DNA of 43,248 nucleotides from a virus, in the IMG/VR virus record IMGVR_UViG_3300045988_178743. One strand, written 5' to 3'. The position numbers and the translations under genes are program-made. Positions 26,976 to 35,162 of the stretch are shown here, piece after piece (the stretch's first letter is position 1; each line of letters begins with the position of its first letter). The notes under the pieces are model-generated. The model ran no database searches. It worked only from the letters and a program-made list of their open reading frames with translations, and had not been told where the DNA came from.

Positions 26976-26992
26976 TCACCCAATTTTTCTTA

Positions 26993-28886
26993 CCCAAACT
27001 CCCGGGGATGCACCTAGTCCCGGAACACTCGCGGTGGCAAGGGCAAACCTAACAGGGTAAAGAGATCTCGGATTTTCTTCGGGATCTCTTTTGTTTTCCA
27101 AGCGTTGCGATCAGTTGGTTTATTGGCCTTCAGATAACGCAGCTGCATAAAGGCCTTCGTCAAAGAATTGCTGGGCAAACGGTTCGTTGCCGTTTCGTTG
27201 CGCCGACATGCCATACGCATCATCAGGCGCAGTGACTGGGCCAATACCTGGACAAACAGCTTGCCCATGTAGGTGCTTGAGGTCGCGTAGAGACGATCTC
27301 CAGCAGTTTGATTCTTAAACTGCTGGAAGCTCTGTTCGACAATGTTGCGGGCCCGATAAATGCTCAGAGCGATAAAAGGATCCTGGACGACGTTCGTGCG
27401 GATCACAAAGTTGCCCATGTAGCGGCACGCATCTGCCACTGCCGCGGCATTGCGCATCCAGTGCTGAGGCTCCTTTTTGACCAGGTACCGATGCATTTCT
27501 CTGAGCTGCTCCGAATCCACTTTTTTCCCTTGGTTGAGACGGTCAATCGTTTCATCGAGATTCTTTAGAAAGACTCGTTTCTGCTCGGCCCGCAGACACC
27601 CGTCCTGATACAAATGCAGTGTGTTGTGAATGTGCTGGCGTCCGGCTGCACCGTCTTCCTGCCACATTTCTGTCGTGGTGTACGCCGCCACTTCTAAGCG
27701 GCCATCGGTAAAAGCAGGATCGTCAAGGGAAACGCGGTGCTGATCAAAGAGCCGCCGAACAGAGTCTTCAGCTCGAGTTACACCTTGGACGAATTTCAGT
27801 TCCAGGTTGATGAGTTTTTGCATGTTCATCAAGCTGTGATAACCGCGATCCGTCACCAGCACGGTGTTGGAGAGATCAAATTGATGGTCGATCATGCGCT
27901 GCACAATAGCCAGATAGAGCTGCTTATCGTTAGTCGAGCCTTCGCTTTCGTAGGCATAGCAGACATCTCCCGTCTCGTAATCCACCCCTAAAGACAGATT
28001 CACTTGCCGCAGATGAGGATCCTGTCGGGCATGGCCATAGGCAGCCGAGGCGATGGTCTCTGAGTAAGTGCTGATGCTGGTGGAATCCAAAGCCAAAAAC
28101 TGCGGGATATCGGCAGCTGAGACCTTTTGTCGTGCTTTTAGCAGACGGTCGTGTCGACGTTTGAAGTACCGGTCCATCAGGCTCTGATCAACCACCGCGA
28201 GCTGCTCACTAATGCGCTGGCTCGATAAAGGCTGGGCTTGCGGCAGCCAGACCAAAGCCAGCCAATCCGCGTAATTCATCATGCCGCTGTCTTCCCCGCA
28301 GAGGCGATAGATGGCAAAGCGAAGCAGTTCCGTACCCGTATCTTCGCCAAAAGTCTCCTGTAAGTCCTCGAGCAAGCCATGGTCCACAGCGAATTGCCAG
28401 GCTGCCCAAGTCAACCCCAGTTCGACATCTTCCCCGCGCCAAGACGGCTGCGGTTCGTTGTCCGTATCCGGCTGCTCGAACGGCTCTTGTTCAATGAGCT
28501 GATTATTGTCGTAAAGCCAAAACTTGCCGGCGTATTCCGGGTTATTCGTGAGGAATTTGCGCCCGAGATGGACCTGCCCAGTTTGCGGATCCAAACGCCC
28601 GACATGGCATCGTTTCTCAATGCGTGACTGTTTCTTTTCCGGATCCCAGCGATTGCGATAGCCGTAGACATAGGTACGCCCATCGGCATCCGTGTACGTA
28701 GAGAAAGACCAAGGTTTTGGCGAAGATGGCATGATGTTGTCTATATTAAATAACTATAGACTATGATAAAGATAAAGCAAAGGCTTGTCAAGTTTTTATT
28801 AAATAAAAACAATGGATTAGGAAGAATAAATAGGCCGACTTTGCGTCAGATCAGGACCTCCCGGAGCTAGTCTCCGGGAGTTTGGG
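26993..28886 (-). mobile_element. Intact IS4-superfamily (IS1634-like) insertion sequence, 1894 bp
   Basis: Terminal inverted repeats are CCCAAACTCCCGG (26993..27005) and CCGGGAGTTTGGG (28874..28886), extending imperfectly inward. A 6-bp direct target duplication TTCTTA lies at 26987..26992 and 28887..28892. Confidence 0.85.
27014..28732 (-). CDS. DDE transposase, IS4 superfamily
   Basis: 572 aa with LALDSTS, VTDRGYHS and YRARNIVEQSFQQFK, the last matching the Y-2-R-3-E-6-K signature. Confidence 0.85.
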   Translation of the reverse strand: MPSSPKPWSFSTYTDADGRTYVYGYRNRWDPEKKQSRIEKRCHVGRLDPQTGQVHLGRKFLTNNPEYAGKFWLYDNNQLIEQEPFEQPDTDNEPQPSWRGEDVELGLTWAAWQFAVDHGLLEDLQETFGEDTGTELLRFAIYRLCGEDSGMMNYADWLALVWLPQAQPLSSQRISEQLAVVDQSLMDRYFKRRHDRLLKARQKVSAADIPQFLALDSTSISTYSETIASAAYGHARQDPHLRQVNLSLGVDYETGDVCYAYESEGSTNDKQLYLAIVQRMIDHQFDLSNTVLVTDRGYHSLMNMQKLINLELKFVQGVTRAEDSVRRLFDQHRVSLDDPAFTDGRLEVAAYTTTEMWQEDGAAGRQHIHNTLHLYQDGCLRAEQKRVFLKNLDETIDRLNQGKKVDSEQLREMHRYLVKKEPQHWMRNAAAVADACRYMGNFVIRTNVVQDPFIALSIYRARNIVEQSFQQFKNQTAGDRLYATSSTYMGKLFVQVLAQSLRLMMRMACRRNETATNRLPSNSLTKAFMQLRYLKANKPTDRNAWKTKEIPKKIRDLFTLLGLPLPPRVFRD

Positions 28887-28894
28887 TTCTTAAC

Positions 28895-28931
28895 AGGCCT
28901 CGGCACTCATCTGCCGGGGCCTTTCTTTTTT
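28895..28931 (+). terminator. Rho-independent terminator, near-copy of 25241..25275
   Basis: AGGCCTCGGCACTCATCTGCCGGGGCCTTTCTTTTTT. Confidence 0.7.
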
Positions 28932-28942
28932 CCGAGAACGCC

Positions 28943-29104
28943 ATGACGTTGAAAAAACTTCTCGGCCACAACGAACGTACTGGGTTCAGCGATACCGCAA
29001 TCATCTTCTGCGCCTTTCTGACTGGCGCCGGTATCAGTGCTCTCGGTATCTCACTCTGCCTGCTCATGCAGTGGGCAGTTCTTAATGGTTACGTACTTTT
29101 TTAG
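28943..29104 (+). CDS. Small (53 aa) membrane protein
   Basis: My own translation gives MTLKKLLGHNERTGFSDTAIIFCAFLTGAGISALGISLCLLMQWAVLNGYVLF. It is below the ORF-track length cutoff. Confidence 0.4.
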   Translation: MTLKKLLGHNERTGFSDTAIIFCAFLTGAGISALGISLCLLMQWAVLNGYVLF

Positions 29105-29115
29105 GAGTTCAACCA

Positions 29116-29391
29116 ATGAACGTCAAAGTCATCACCACCGCGCTGCAACACTTAGTTGGCGGCGCCGCTTTGAATGTTGCTCTGGGCGCAAGACTCGAAT
29201 TAGCGACCCAAGAAGCAATCGCAGCCAGCGGACGTGAGGCAATTATCGTTTACCAATGGTACAGCCGCTGCGTCAAAGATCCTTCACTTGAGGATTTTGA
29301 ATCGTGGCTAAGTAAAAAAATCAGCAAGAACAAGGAATTCAGCCAACTCGTTCAGGATTGGCACAATTTCTACAAGTCCCGCGGGGCGTAA
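29116..29391 (+). CDS. Hypothetical protein
   Basis: 91-aa ORF with an AGGAG SD upstream. Confidence 0.5.
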   Translation: MNVKVITTALQHLVGGAALNVALGARLELATQEAIAASGREAIIVYQWYSRCVKDPSLEDFESWLSKKISKNKEFSQLVQDWHNFYKSRGA

Positions 29392-29403
29392 TGAGGAGCC
29401 TGC

Positions 29404-29586
29404 ATGATGAGCATTCCCTCCCACCCACATCGGCGCCCTAAGCACGAATTGAGTCGTGATGCACGTAGAGCAATCAAAACGCGGTCAGCACGTGCAAAGA
29501 AAGCTAGAAAAGCTGCGCAGCCGCCGACGCATTCAAAGACCTTCATCGCTCGCATCCTCGCTTTCTTTCAAAGGAATGCCGCATGA
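29404..29586 (+). CDS. Hypothetical basic protein
   Basis: 60-aa ORF, Arg/Lys-rich, overlapping the next ORF via ATGA. Confidence 0.35.
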   Translation: MMSIPSHPHRRPKHELSRDARRAIKTRSARAKKARKAAQPPTHSKTFIARILAFFQRNAA

Positions 29587-29840
29587 AGCCCGTCTACTTC
29601 TTCGGCACTCGCGCCAAGGAACTGGCCAAGAAACTTCACCCAGTGACGAACACTCGCTGCTTGGATCTCTGGACTGACGGCGCCGAACACTATTACCTGA
29701 GAACTATGCGTGCCTGCGGCAATCGGTGGCGACTTCACTCCTTCCTTCTATTGCCTGATTGGCGCATCAAAGCTAAGAACAACCATGCTCAGAAACCTCA
29801 TCACCTGGATTCTCTTTGCCTTCATCGGAGCGCACCGTGA
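29583..29840 (+). CDS. Hypothetical protein
   Basis: 85-aa ORF coupled to its flanking ORFs. Confidence 0.4.
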   Translation: MKPVYFFGTRAKELAKKLHPVTNTRCLDLWTDGAEHYYLRTMRACGNRWRLHSFLLLPDWRIKAKNNHAQKPHHLDSLCLHRSAP

Positions 29841-30595
29841 CTAATCGGATTGAATGGCTTAAGGCTCGACAAAAAGGTATCGGTGGATCTGATGTTGCTG
29901 CAATTCTCGGTATCAATCCATACCGCACTCCTCTTGACATCTACAGAGAGAAGACCACAGAAATCACCGAGGACCGAGCACCTAGCGAGGCTGCTTACTG
30001 GGGGACTCAACTTGAGAGCATCGTGGCTCAAGAATTTTCGAAACGAACTGGATTCATGATTCAGCGCGTCTACCACCAGCTTGCTTCTAACCTCGATCAC
30101 TACATAGGCACAAGCACTCCAACTCAGTGGGCGCTAGCAAACATCGACGGAGCAGTGATCAATCACCGGATTTCTGCCGCTGTTCGCCTCACAAATCCTG
30201 CGTCAATCTGGAACGTCCAAAAATTGATGCTGACAACAGACACCTTGCTCGAATGCAAGACTGCGAATGCCTTGATGGCTGAACACTGGGGACTTTCGCA
30301 AGAAGCAGAGATCATCAAGAGGGAGATCACCTCCAAACACAAGATCCCGCTCTATTACGAAACACAAGTTCAGTGGTACATGGCAGTCACTGCCGCAAAG
30401 CTTTGTTATGTCGCTGTATTGATCGGCGGCCAAGACTTTCGCATCTACGCAGTCGACCGGAATGAATCGATCATTCAAATGATCGCTACTCGGTGCTTCG
30501 ACTTTTGGATGAAGCATGTCCGAGCAGGCGTACCCCCAGAACCAATCATTGATGATGACGTCAAAAACCTCCTTCAGAAATATTTAGACGTCTGA
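29837..30595 (+). CDS. YqaJ-type viral recombinase exonuclease (lambda Exo-like, PD-(D/E)XK)
   Basis: EWLKARQKGIGGSDVAAILGINPYRTPLDIY...LECKT is present. The GTG start overlaps the upstream stop. The ORF track gives an alternative TTG start at 29816. Confidence 0.8.
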   Translation: MTNRIEWLKARQKGIGGSDVAAILGINPYRTPLDIYREKTTEITEDRAPSEAAYWGTQLESIVAQEFSKRTGFMIQRVYHQLASNLDHYIGTSTPTQWALANIDGAVINHRISAAVRLTNPASIWNVQKLMLTTDTLLECKTANALMAEHWGLSQEAEIIKREITSKHKIPLYYETQVQWYMAVTAAKLCYVAVLIGGQDFRIYAVDRNESIIQMIATRCFDFWMKHVRAGVPPEPIIDDDVKNLLQKYLDV

Positions 30596-30606
30596 TCGTG
30601 CCGCTT

Positions 30607-30662
30607 TTCCTGCCCTGCACTCTGAGGCGAACGTAATGACTTCCTGGGGTGTAGGGCAGGAA
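30607..30662. repeat. Long imperfect hairpin (14-bp stem, 13/14 paired, 28-nt loop)
   Basis: TTCCTGCCCTGCAC (30607..30620) pairs with GTGTAGGGCAGGAA (30649..30662). No T-tract follows. Confidence 0.5.
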
Positions 30663-30682
30663 GCTATACGGAGATTTTTAAA

Positions 30683-31036
30683 GTGAGTAGCAACTACCCC
30701 CTCTCATCGTTGAGAACCCTAACGCAGTATGCAAAAGACGCTGAGACAAGCCAGTCTGATGCATTGCGTGAATACATGTACGCAATGCTGTTGGTGACGC
30801 AATTTAGTGTCTTGCAAATGAAAGCTGCGGTGCGAGGAAAAAAGACTGCCGATACCGGCCTCTGGACGATCCTTGCAGAGATGCTCACTCGAATGGCGAT
30901 CTTCATCCATGAAGGAGATCACCGGCGTGAGGTTTCACGAAAGAGCTGCGCACGTTCTATCGCAATCGCTGCTACCGAGCTCTATCGGCGTGAGCTTGAT
31001 AGAAAGCGCGGAAACAAGAAGAAACCTGAACTTTGA
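30683..31036 (+). CDS. Hypothetical protein
   Basis: 117-aa ORF with no recognised motif. Confidence 0.45.
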   Translation: MSSNYPLSSLRTLTQYAKDAETSQSDALREYMYAMLLVTQFSVLQMKAAVRGKKTADTGLWTILAEMLTRMAIFIHEGDHRREVSRKSCARSIAIAATELYRRELDRKRGNKKKPEL

Positions 31037-31057
31037 AGAAATAGTCGGAGAAGAACG

Positions 31058-31300
31058 ATGATCTTCAGTGAACTCACCATCGACGAGCTGAGAGACAAAG
31101 CGAATTGGTGTCGTTCGTACCTGCCTTTCGCGGATATCGAGAAGTGTAAAGAAAAGGCAAAAGAGATGATCGACGAGGGTGAGAACCTTCAAAACATCAT
31201 CTCCTACCTCGCATTAATCGAAAAACAAATCAAAAAGCTCGAAGATGAGGGCACTGAAAGCTCATCTTGCTGCTACGAACAAAAGGAGATCACAAAATGA
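31058..31300 (+). CDS. Hypothetical acidic protein
   Basis: 80-aa ORF overlapping the AlpA-like start via ATGA. Confidence 0.45.
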   Translation: MIFSELTIDELRDKANWCRSYLPFADIEKCKEKAKEMIDEGENLQNIISYLALIEKQIKKLEDEGTESSSCCYEQKEITK

Positions 31301-31557
31301 GAGCTAGGAATACTACTGACATATCTCCCATTGGGGTATTGATGCTTGATGTCAAACAGGTAGCAGCCTCCTGTGGGATCGGAACATCAACCGTCTGGAA
31401 ACTAGTAAAGCTGGGCACCTTCCCGCGACCGGTTTACTTTGGTCCTAAAGTTGCTCGATTCAAAGCTGAAGACATCCAAAAATGGGTTGCAAACCTTGAA
31501 CCCGCCGCCACTCCACTGATAGGCAGCCATACGGAGCAAGTGAAAGAAACTGCGTAA
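31297..31557 (+). CDS. alpA: AlpA-family DNA-binding protein (excisionase/regulator-like)
   Basis: LDVKQVAASCGIGTSTVWKLVKLGTFPRPVYFGPKVARFKAEDIQKWV matches the AlpA/MerR-type HTH family. Confidence 0.7.
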   Translation: MRARNTTDISPIGVLMLDVKQVAASCGIGTSTVWKLVKLGTFPRPVYFGPKVARFKAEDIQKWVANLEPAATPLIGSHTEQVKETA

Positions 31558-31612
31558 GCAAAACCCCGCTCAGCTACGTTGCTGTGCAGGGCTTTGTATC
31601 TGATTAATTTAG

Positions 31613-32047
31613 GCTCTCCCGACTTTTTGGGTAAAGGAGAGTTTTGCGGCCCCCTCATCAGAGGGCGGGAACAGCTTCTCGCTGAGAGATTTGCAAAGCC
31701 CCATCTTTAATTACCAAAATCGAGCCTAACGTCTGGCTTGAGCCTACTTTAAGCACACAGCCCTCCATCTCCACCAAGCAGCGCCTGATGAAGTTGAGCG
31801 GCCTTTTGACGGCGGCTCACGCCGCCGGGTAATTAAAGAGGAGGGGCCTCTCTCGTTCCATGCCGAGGTCTGTGTGACAGAGGCGCGACTTGATCACTGC
31901 AGTCCACTCTCCAAGCAACAGGAGCGGGTTGCGACCTCTGCCCGGGAATGCGGCCTTGAGCTTTAGTGCGAAATACTCAAAGCTCTTGTAGCCGTAGGCA
32001 ATGCGCTTGATGAGCTTGGCTCTCGTGTTCACCCCCTCCAGTGACCC
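31613..32047 (-). mobile_element. ISL3-like IS remnant (transposase C-terminal fragment plus putative end)
   Basis: The minus-strand reading ...SLEGVNTRAKLIKRIAYGYKSFEYFALKLKAAFPG resembles ISL3 transposase C-termini. GGCTCT at 31613 is a typical ISL3 terminus. No N-terminal part is present. Confidence 0.5.
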
Positions 32048-32168
32048 GACCTTCCCGCAGCCGATCTACTTCGGCCCCAAGGTAGCCCGCTTCAAGGTGG
32101 AAGACGTCCGCCGATGGGTGAAGCAGCTCGAAGCTGGAAAGCCGACCGAGGATCCTTTGGCCGCATGA
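32048..32168 (+). pseudogene. Truncated second AlpA-like gene (C-terminal part only)
   Basis: It translates to ...TFPQPIYFGPKVARFKVEDVRRWVKQLEAGKPTEDPLAA-stop, parallel to residues of 31297..31557. The 5' part is replaced by the IS remnant. Confidence 0.6.
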
Positions 32169-32171
32169 ACG

Positions 32172-32212
32172 AAGCCCCACACAGCAACAAAGCTGTCGGG
32201 GCTTTTGTTATT
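32172..32212 (+). terminator. Hairpin terminator between the AlpA fragment and the convergent Bro-N gene
   Basis: AAGCCCC/GGGGCTT outer stem and CAGC/GCTG inner stem, then TTTTGTTATTT. Confidence 0.6.
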
Positions 32213-33071
32213 TCAACTTCTTCAGGTCTTCTGCTTCAATGATCTCATCTGAAGAGGTTTCAGCAAGAAGGTCTTGTGCGTTCTTCTTGGAAACAATAGA
32301 GTGACCGATCTGCTTTTCTGCATCGCGTCTCGCTCGTCCGGCAACGCCACCACTCTTCTGAGCGACCATCTTGTTTTCCTCAAATGTTTGCGGATTTTGC
32401 GACTTCGTCATTTCGGTAGCCGTTGCTTCAGCAAACATCGTCAAAGCGGTCTCAAGGGTCGTCATGTTATCTCGTAGGTTGCCGCCCTTCATTCCCTTCA
32501 GTTTCTTATGATCCTTGACACTGATACCAAAAGCTCCTGAATGAATGATGTTTGTCAGTGTCGCGTATTGAAGGCCTTCTTGCACGCCGTGAGTCTTCCA
32601 TTGATCAGTTAACTCGTTGCGAACCTGAATACCCTGAATTCGCTGATTGATCCAGGCAGGGCTATACCCTTTCGCCTGATACGTCATTTTTGCGCGGACA
32701 ATAGCCTGCTCAGGGTCGACAGTTTCTTCTATTCGTTCCTTCCCAACAGAAGCTAACCATTGCTTAAAAGGCTCCGCCTTAGGTGACGGGATAGACTGAA
32801 CGATTCGCAGTATTTGTTCAATTGACGCTGCATCCGTTAATCTTCCTTTCCCGTCTGGCGCAGTCATTTTCAACCGTACGATATTTTCGTACGTTTGATT
32901 GGCCCCCTCTTTTTTCAGCTTCCGCTTTAGATCGCTCCAATACCGTTTAGGTTCAGAGCTGCCGGTAAGTACGCTGACAACGTCAACCACGCTGAAAAAC
33001 CTCTCTTCCTTCTGATCATCCCAAGCAGATCGCACTTGATGATCTTCAAACAATTGAATCTTCCCTTTCAT
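32208..33071 (-). CDS. Bro-N/DinD-like (DNA-damage-inducible protein D-like) protein
   Basis: The start MKGKIQLFEDHQVRSAWDDQKEERFFSVVDVV overlaps the integrase stop (ATGA). SPKAEPFKQWLASVG is the Bro-N-type motif. Confidence 0.6.
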   Translation of the reverse strand: MKGKIQLFEDHQVRSAWDDQKEERFFSVVDVVSVLTGSSEPKRYWSDLKRKLKKEGANQTYENIVRLKMTAPDGKGRLTDAASIEQILRIVQSIPSPKAEPFKQWLASVGKERIEETVDPEQAIVRAKMTYQAKGYSPAWINQRIQGIQVRNELTDQWKTHGVQEGLQYATLTNIIHSGAFGISVKDHKKLKGMKGGNLRDNMTTLETALTMFAEATATEMTKSQNPQTFEENKMVAQKSGGVAGRARRDAEKQIGHSIVSKKNAQDLLAETSSDEIIEAEDLKKLK

Positions 33072-34414
33072 TTCATCTCCTTCCAACAAAATTCTCCCCA
33101 AGCTTCGTAGACATCTCTCATGTCGCCCAGCGCCTGCTCACGGTCGTAAGCGCACTGATAGCTTTCATTACGATGATCAAGGCAGCTCTCTCGCAGATCA
33201 CGCGGGAAAGCCTTGTGCCCATAGCCCTTCGCATCCTTCGCCCAGGTATTGAAAGTCGCACGAGCAAGGCCGTGCAGCGTCACGATTCTAGGCTGCCCGT
33301 CCCGCGTTTTTTCGTCCAGATCAACCCAGCCGACGCCGTCAATCTTCTTCTGCTTGACGTGCATGCGCTTCAGCAGCGCTCGCACAGAATCACGGCTGAA
33401 AGCGGAGAGACGGCCCTTGTTGATGTTCGGAAAGATGAAGCCCTTCTCATCGTCCGGAAACCTCGGCGCACTGTCGAGAAGCGCTGTCGCCTGCGGACTT
33501 AGAGGCGTCTTTCGGTCAAAAGGAATCTTGTCGCTCTTCATCTTCATGCGACCACGAGGAATGACATGCAGCCAATGGCCGTCATCGTCCTGCTGAATTT
33601 CGTCCCAAGTTGCTTCACGTGCCGTGGTGTTCCGCGCTGATGTAAGAATGGCAAAAGCAAGGCAACGTGCAGTCTGGCTTTGCGGCACCAGCTTCATAAG
33701 CTCGGCAAAAAAAGCTGGCATTCTCTTCGGATGAAGAGCTGGTTCGTGACCACCATCCGGTCGATCAAGCGCGAGAAGGTCACCGAGCTTTCCATTTTTC
33801 ACCTGACACGGATTGAGCATGGCCGGGATCATCTCCTGTCTCATAGCCCAGTCATATGCATTGCGCATATCGGACAAGATGCGTTCTGGCGTGTCTATCA
33901 TCGTTCGCCACTTCTCTCCGATTTCCTCATGTACTCGTTCGGCAGTCAAATCCTTCGCCGACATGGAGAGCAGTGATGCAGATAAGTGATTTCGGCAGTA
34001 ACCATCCCAGACAAGCTCTTTTGGCTTTAAGGCATTCTTCCACCGTCCACGTTCTTCATTGAACCGGATCCAGCTGTAGACAATGTCTTTAACTGAAGGT
34101 TCTCGCGGAGACTCTAGCAGCCTTGTAAGCTGCTCTGCTTTTTGCTTCTTGACTTCTGAAGGATCTATTCCATCATCCAGCATCCGCCGCCAATCCGCAG
34201 CCATCATAAAAGCTTCACTTAAGCTCAGCTGAGGGTAAGAGCCAAGATTAAAGCACCGTTTAGTGCGACGATCCCGCAGAACGAAATATTTGACAATCGA
34301 ACCGTCACTCCTGCTGCGTGGACGGACATACAGACCAGGAACTACCCCACAAGCCGTTTCGGAAGTAACGCTTCGGAGTTTTTTATCGGTCATTTTGACT
34401 GCGACTCTAGGCAT
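33068..34414 (-). CDS. int: Tyrosine integrase (P4/CP4-57-like)
   Basis: 448 aa. The N-terminal GLYVRPRSRSDGSIVKYFVLR is an arm-binding type motif. Catalytic candidates are R (TSARNTTAREA), HxxR (HGLARAT) and H...Y (LDHRNESYQCAYDRE). It is adjacent to the att-like region. Confidence 0.85.
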   Translation of the reverse strand: MPRVAVKMTDKKLRSVTSETACGVVPGLYVRPRSRSDGSIVKYFVLRDRRTKRCFNLGSYPQLSLSEAFMMAADWRRMLDDGIDPSEVKKQKAEQLTRLLESPREPSVKDIVYSWIRFNEERGRWKNALKPKELVWDGYCRNHLSASLLSMSAKDLTAERVHEEIGEKWRTMIDTPERILSDMRNAYDWAMRQEMIPAMLNPCQVKNGKLGDLLALDRPDGGHEPALHPKRMPAFFAELMKLVPQSQTARCLAFAILTSARNTTAREATWDEIQQDDDGHWLHVIPRGRMKMKSDKIPFDRKTPLSPQATALLDSAPRFPDDEKGFIFPNINKGRLSAFSRDSVRALLKRMHVKQKKIDGVGWVDLDEKTRDGQPRIVTLHGLARATFNTWAKDAKGYGHKAFPRDLRESCLDHRNESYQCAYDREQALGDMRDVYEAWGEFCWKEMK

Positions 34415-34426
34415 AAGCTAATCGTT

Positions 34427-34497
34427 GCTCCCAAAAAATCCGAGTGATATTTCCATTTTATGCTCCCACGTGTTTTTATGGGAGCTTAAATGGGAGC
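34427..34497. repeat. Int-proximal arm-type repeats (TGGGAGC, four copies)
   Basis: GCTCCCA at 34427 and 34462 (inverted) and TGGGAGC at 34479 and 34491 (direct). Confidence 0.6.
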
Positions 34498-34602
34498 ATT
34501 AGCCGCGAGCTAGAGACACTTCGATGCGGACTTTAATACGCCAATAAGCAGCAACTTAATATCGCGTCATCCTTAGAGAATCAAGGAATGCGAGACGATG
34601 AC

Positions 34603-34633
34603 GCAACAAAAAAGGTCATCTTACGATGACCTT
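34603..34633 (-). terminator. Hairpin terminator immediately 3' of the tRNA-like core
   Basis: AAGGTCATC-TTAC-GATGACCTT. In minus sense it is followed by TTTTTTG, and in plus sense by CTTTTG. Confidence 0.65.
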
Positions 34634-34645
34634 CTTTTGTTGATC

Positions 34646-34665
34646 TGGTCGGGGCGGCGGGATTC
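34646..34665 (-). other. att core resembling the 3' end of a tRNA gene (partial, not a functional tRNA)
   Basis: The minus sense reads GAAT-CCCGC-CGCCCCG-A-CCA, which is T-loop end, T-stem 3' strand, acceptor 3' strand, discriminator and CCA. No matching 5' half lies upstream. Confidence 0.6.
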
Positions 34666-34710
34666 ATACATTCCTGCTACAGAGGCAGATTAAAAGACCA
34701 TATCAAATAA

Positions 34711-34729
34711 TGGGAGCTTCTATGGGAGC
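34711..34729. repeat. Distal arm-type repeats (TGGGAGC, two copies)
   Basis: AATGGGAGCTTCTATGGGAGCA lies on the other side of the core from int. Confidence 0.55.
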
Positions 34730-34742
34730 ATCCGCCAAGTGC

Positions 34743-35162
34743 TTACTTGATATTAGTGGACACTAGGGCATCGTGAACTGCGGCGTTTCTAAGAAGTAGG
34801 CTGCGACCTTCTTCGATAAGTCCGACGCTTTCTCTGAGAAGTTTTTCGCATCGGGCAACTGCTGCCTGCTCAGCGTTACAGGCAGCGGCGCTGGCTTTTC
34901 GCAGGCGACTTTCATATGCCCTGCGCATCCTGTCAGTATCACTGCGAATACGCTCAATGTCAACATCAGCAGCAACGACTTGATCCACTGCGGAAACCAG
35001 TTTTGCATAGTCTTTTTTCCCCTGTTCAGCACGCGCTACGGCGGCTTCGAGCTGATACGACTTGAGAGCCGCATCCCCGCGCGCAGAAGCCAGCTGATAG
35101 CCCGCCGCAAACACCACGAATACAAGCATCGTGACAGCGGCATATTTCAACCAATTTGTCAT
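34743..35162 (-). CDS. Rz: i-spanin (Rz-like)
   Basis: 139 aa with an N-terminal TM (AAVTMLVFVVFAAGY) and a coiled-coil periplasmic part. It is the last gene of the lysis cassette. Confidence 0.75.
   Translation of the reverse strand: MTNWLKYAAVTMLVFVVFAAGYQLASARGDAALKSYQLEAAVARAEQGKKDYAKLVSAVDQVVAADVDIERIRSDTDRMRRAYESRLRKASAAACNAEQAAVARCEKLLRESVGLIEEGRSLLLRNAAVHDALVSTNIK
34763..35008 (-). CDS. Rz1: o-spanin (Rz1-like lipoprotein) embedded in another frame of Rz
   Basis: MQNWFPQWIKSLLLMLTLSVFAVILTGC carries the lipobox LTGC. It lies entirely inside 34743..35162. Confidence 0.65.
   Translation of the reverse strand: MQNWFPQWIKSLLLMLTLSVFAVILTGCAGHMKVACEKPAPLPVTLSRQQLPDAKNFSEKASDLSKKVAAYFLETPQFTMP

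Noticed and set aside
26971-26992. 12-bp match TAATCACCCAAT shared with 41848..41866
   Set aside because: Many 12-mer coincidences are expected in 43 kb on two strands. No flanking similarity is present.
31977-32180. Minus-strand 67-aa ORF spanning the IS remnant / alpA fragment junction
   Set aside because: It crosses two unrelated fragments in frames that contradict the recognisable ISL3 and AlpA readings.
34646-34665. A functional tRNA gene
   Set aside because: Only the 3' ~20 nt (T-stem 3' strand, acceptor 3' strand, CCA) are tRNA-like. The upstream sequence cannot form the T-arm or the rest of the cloverleaf.
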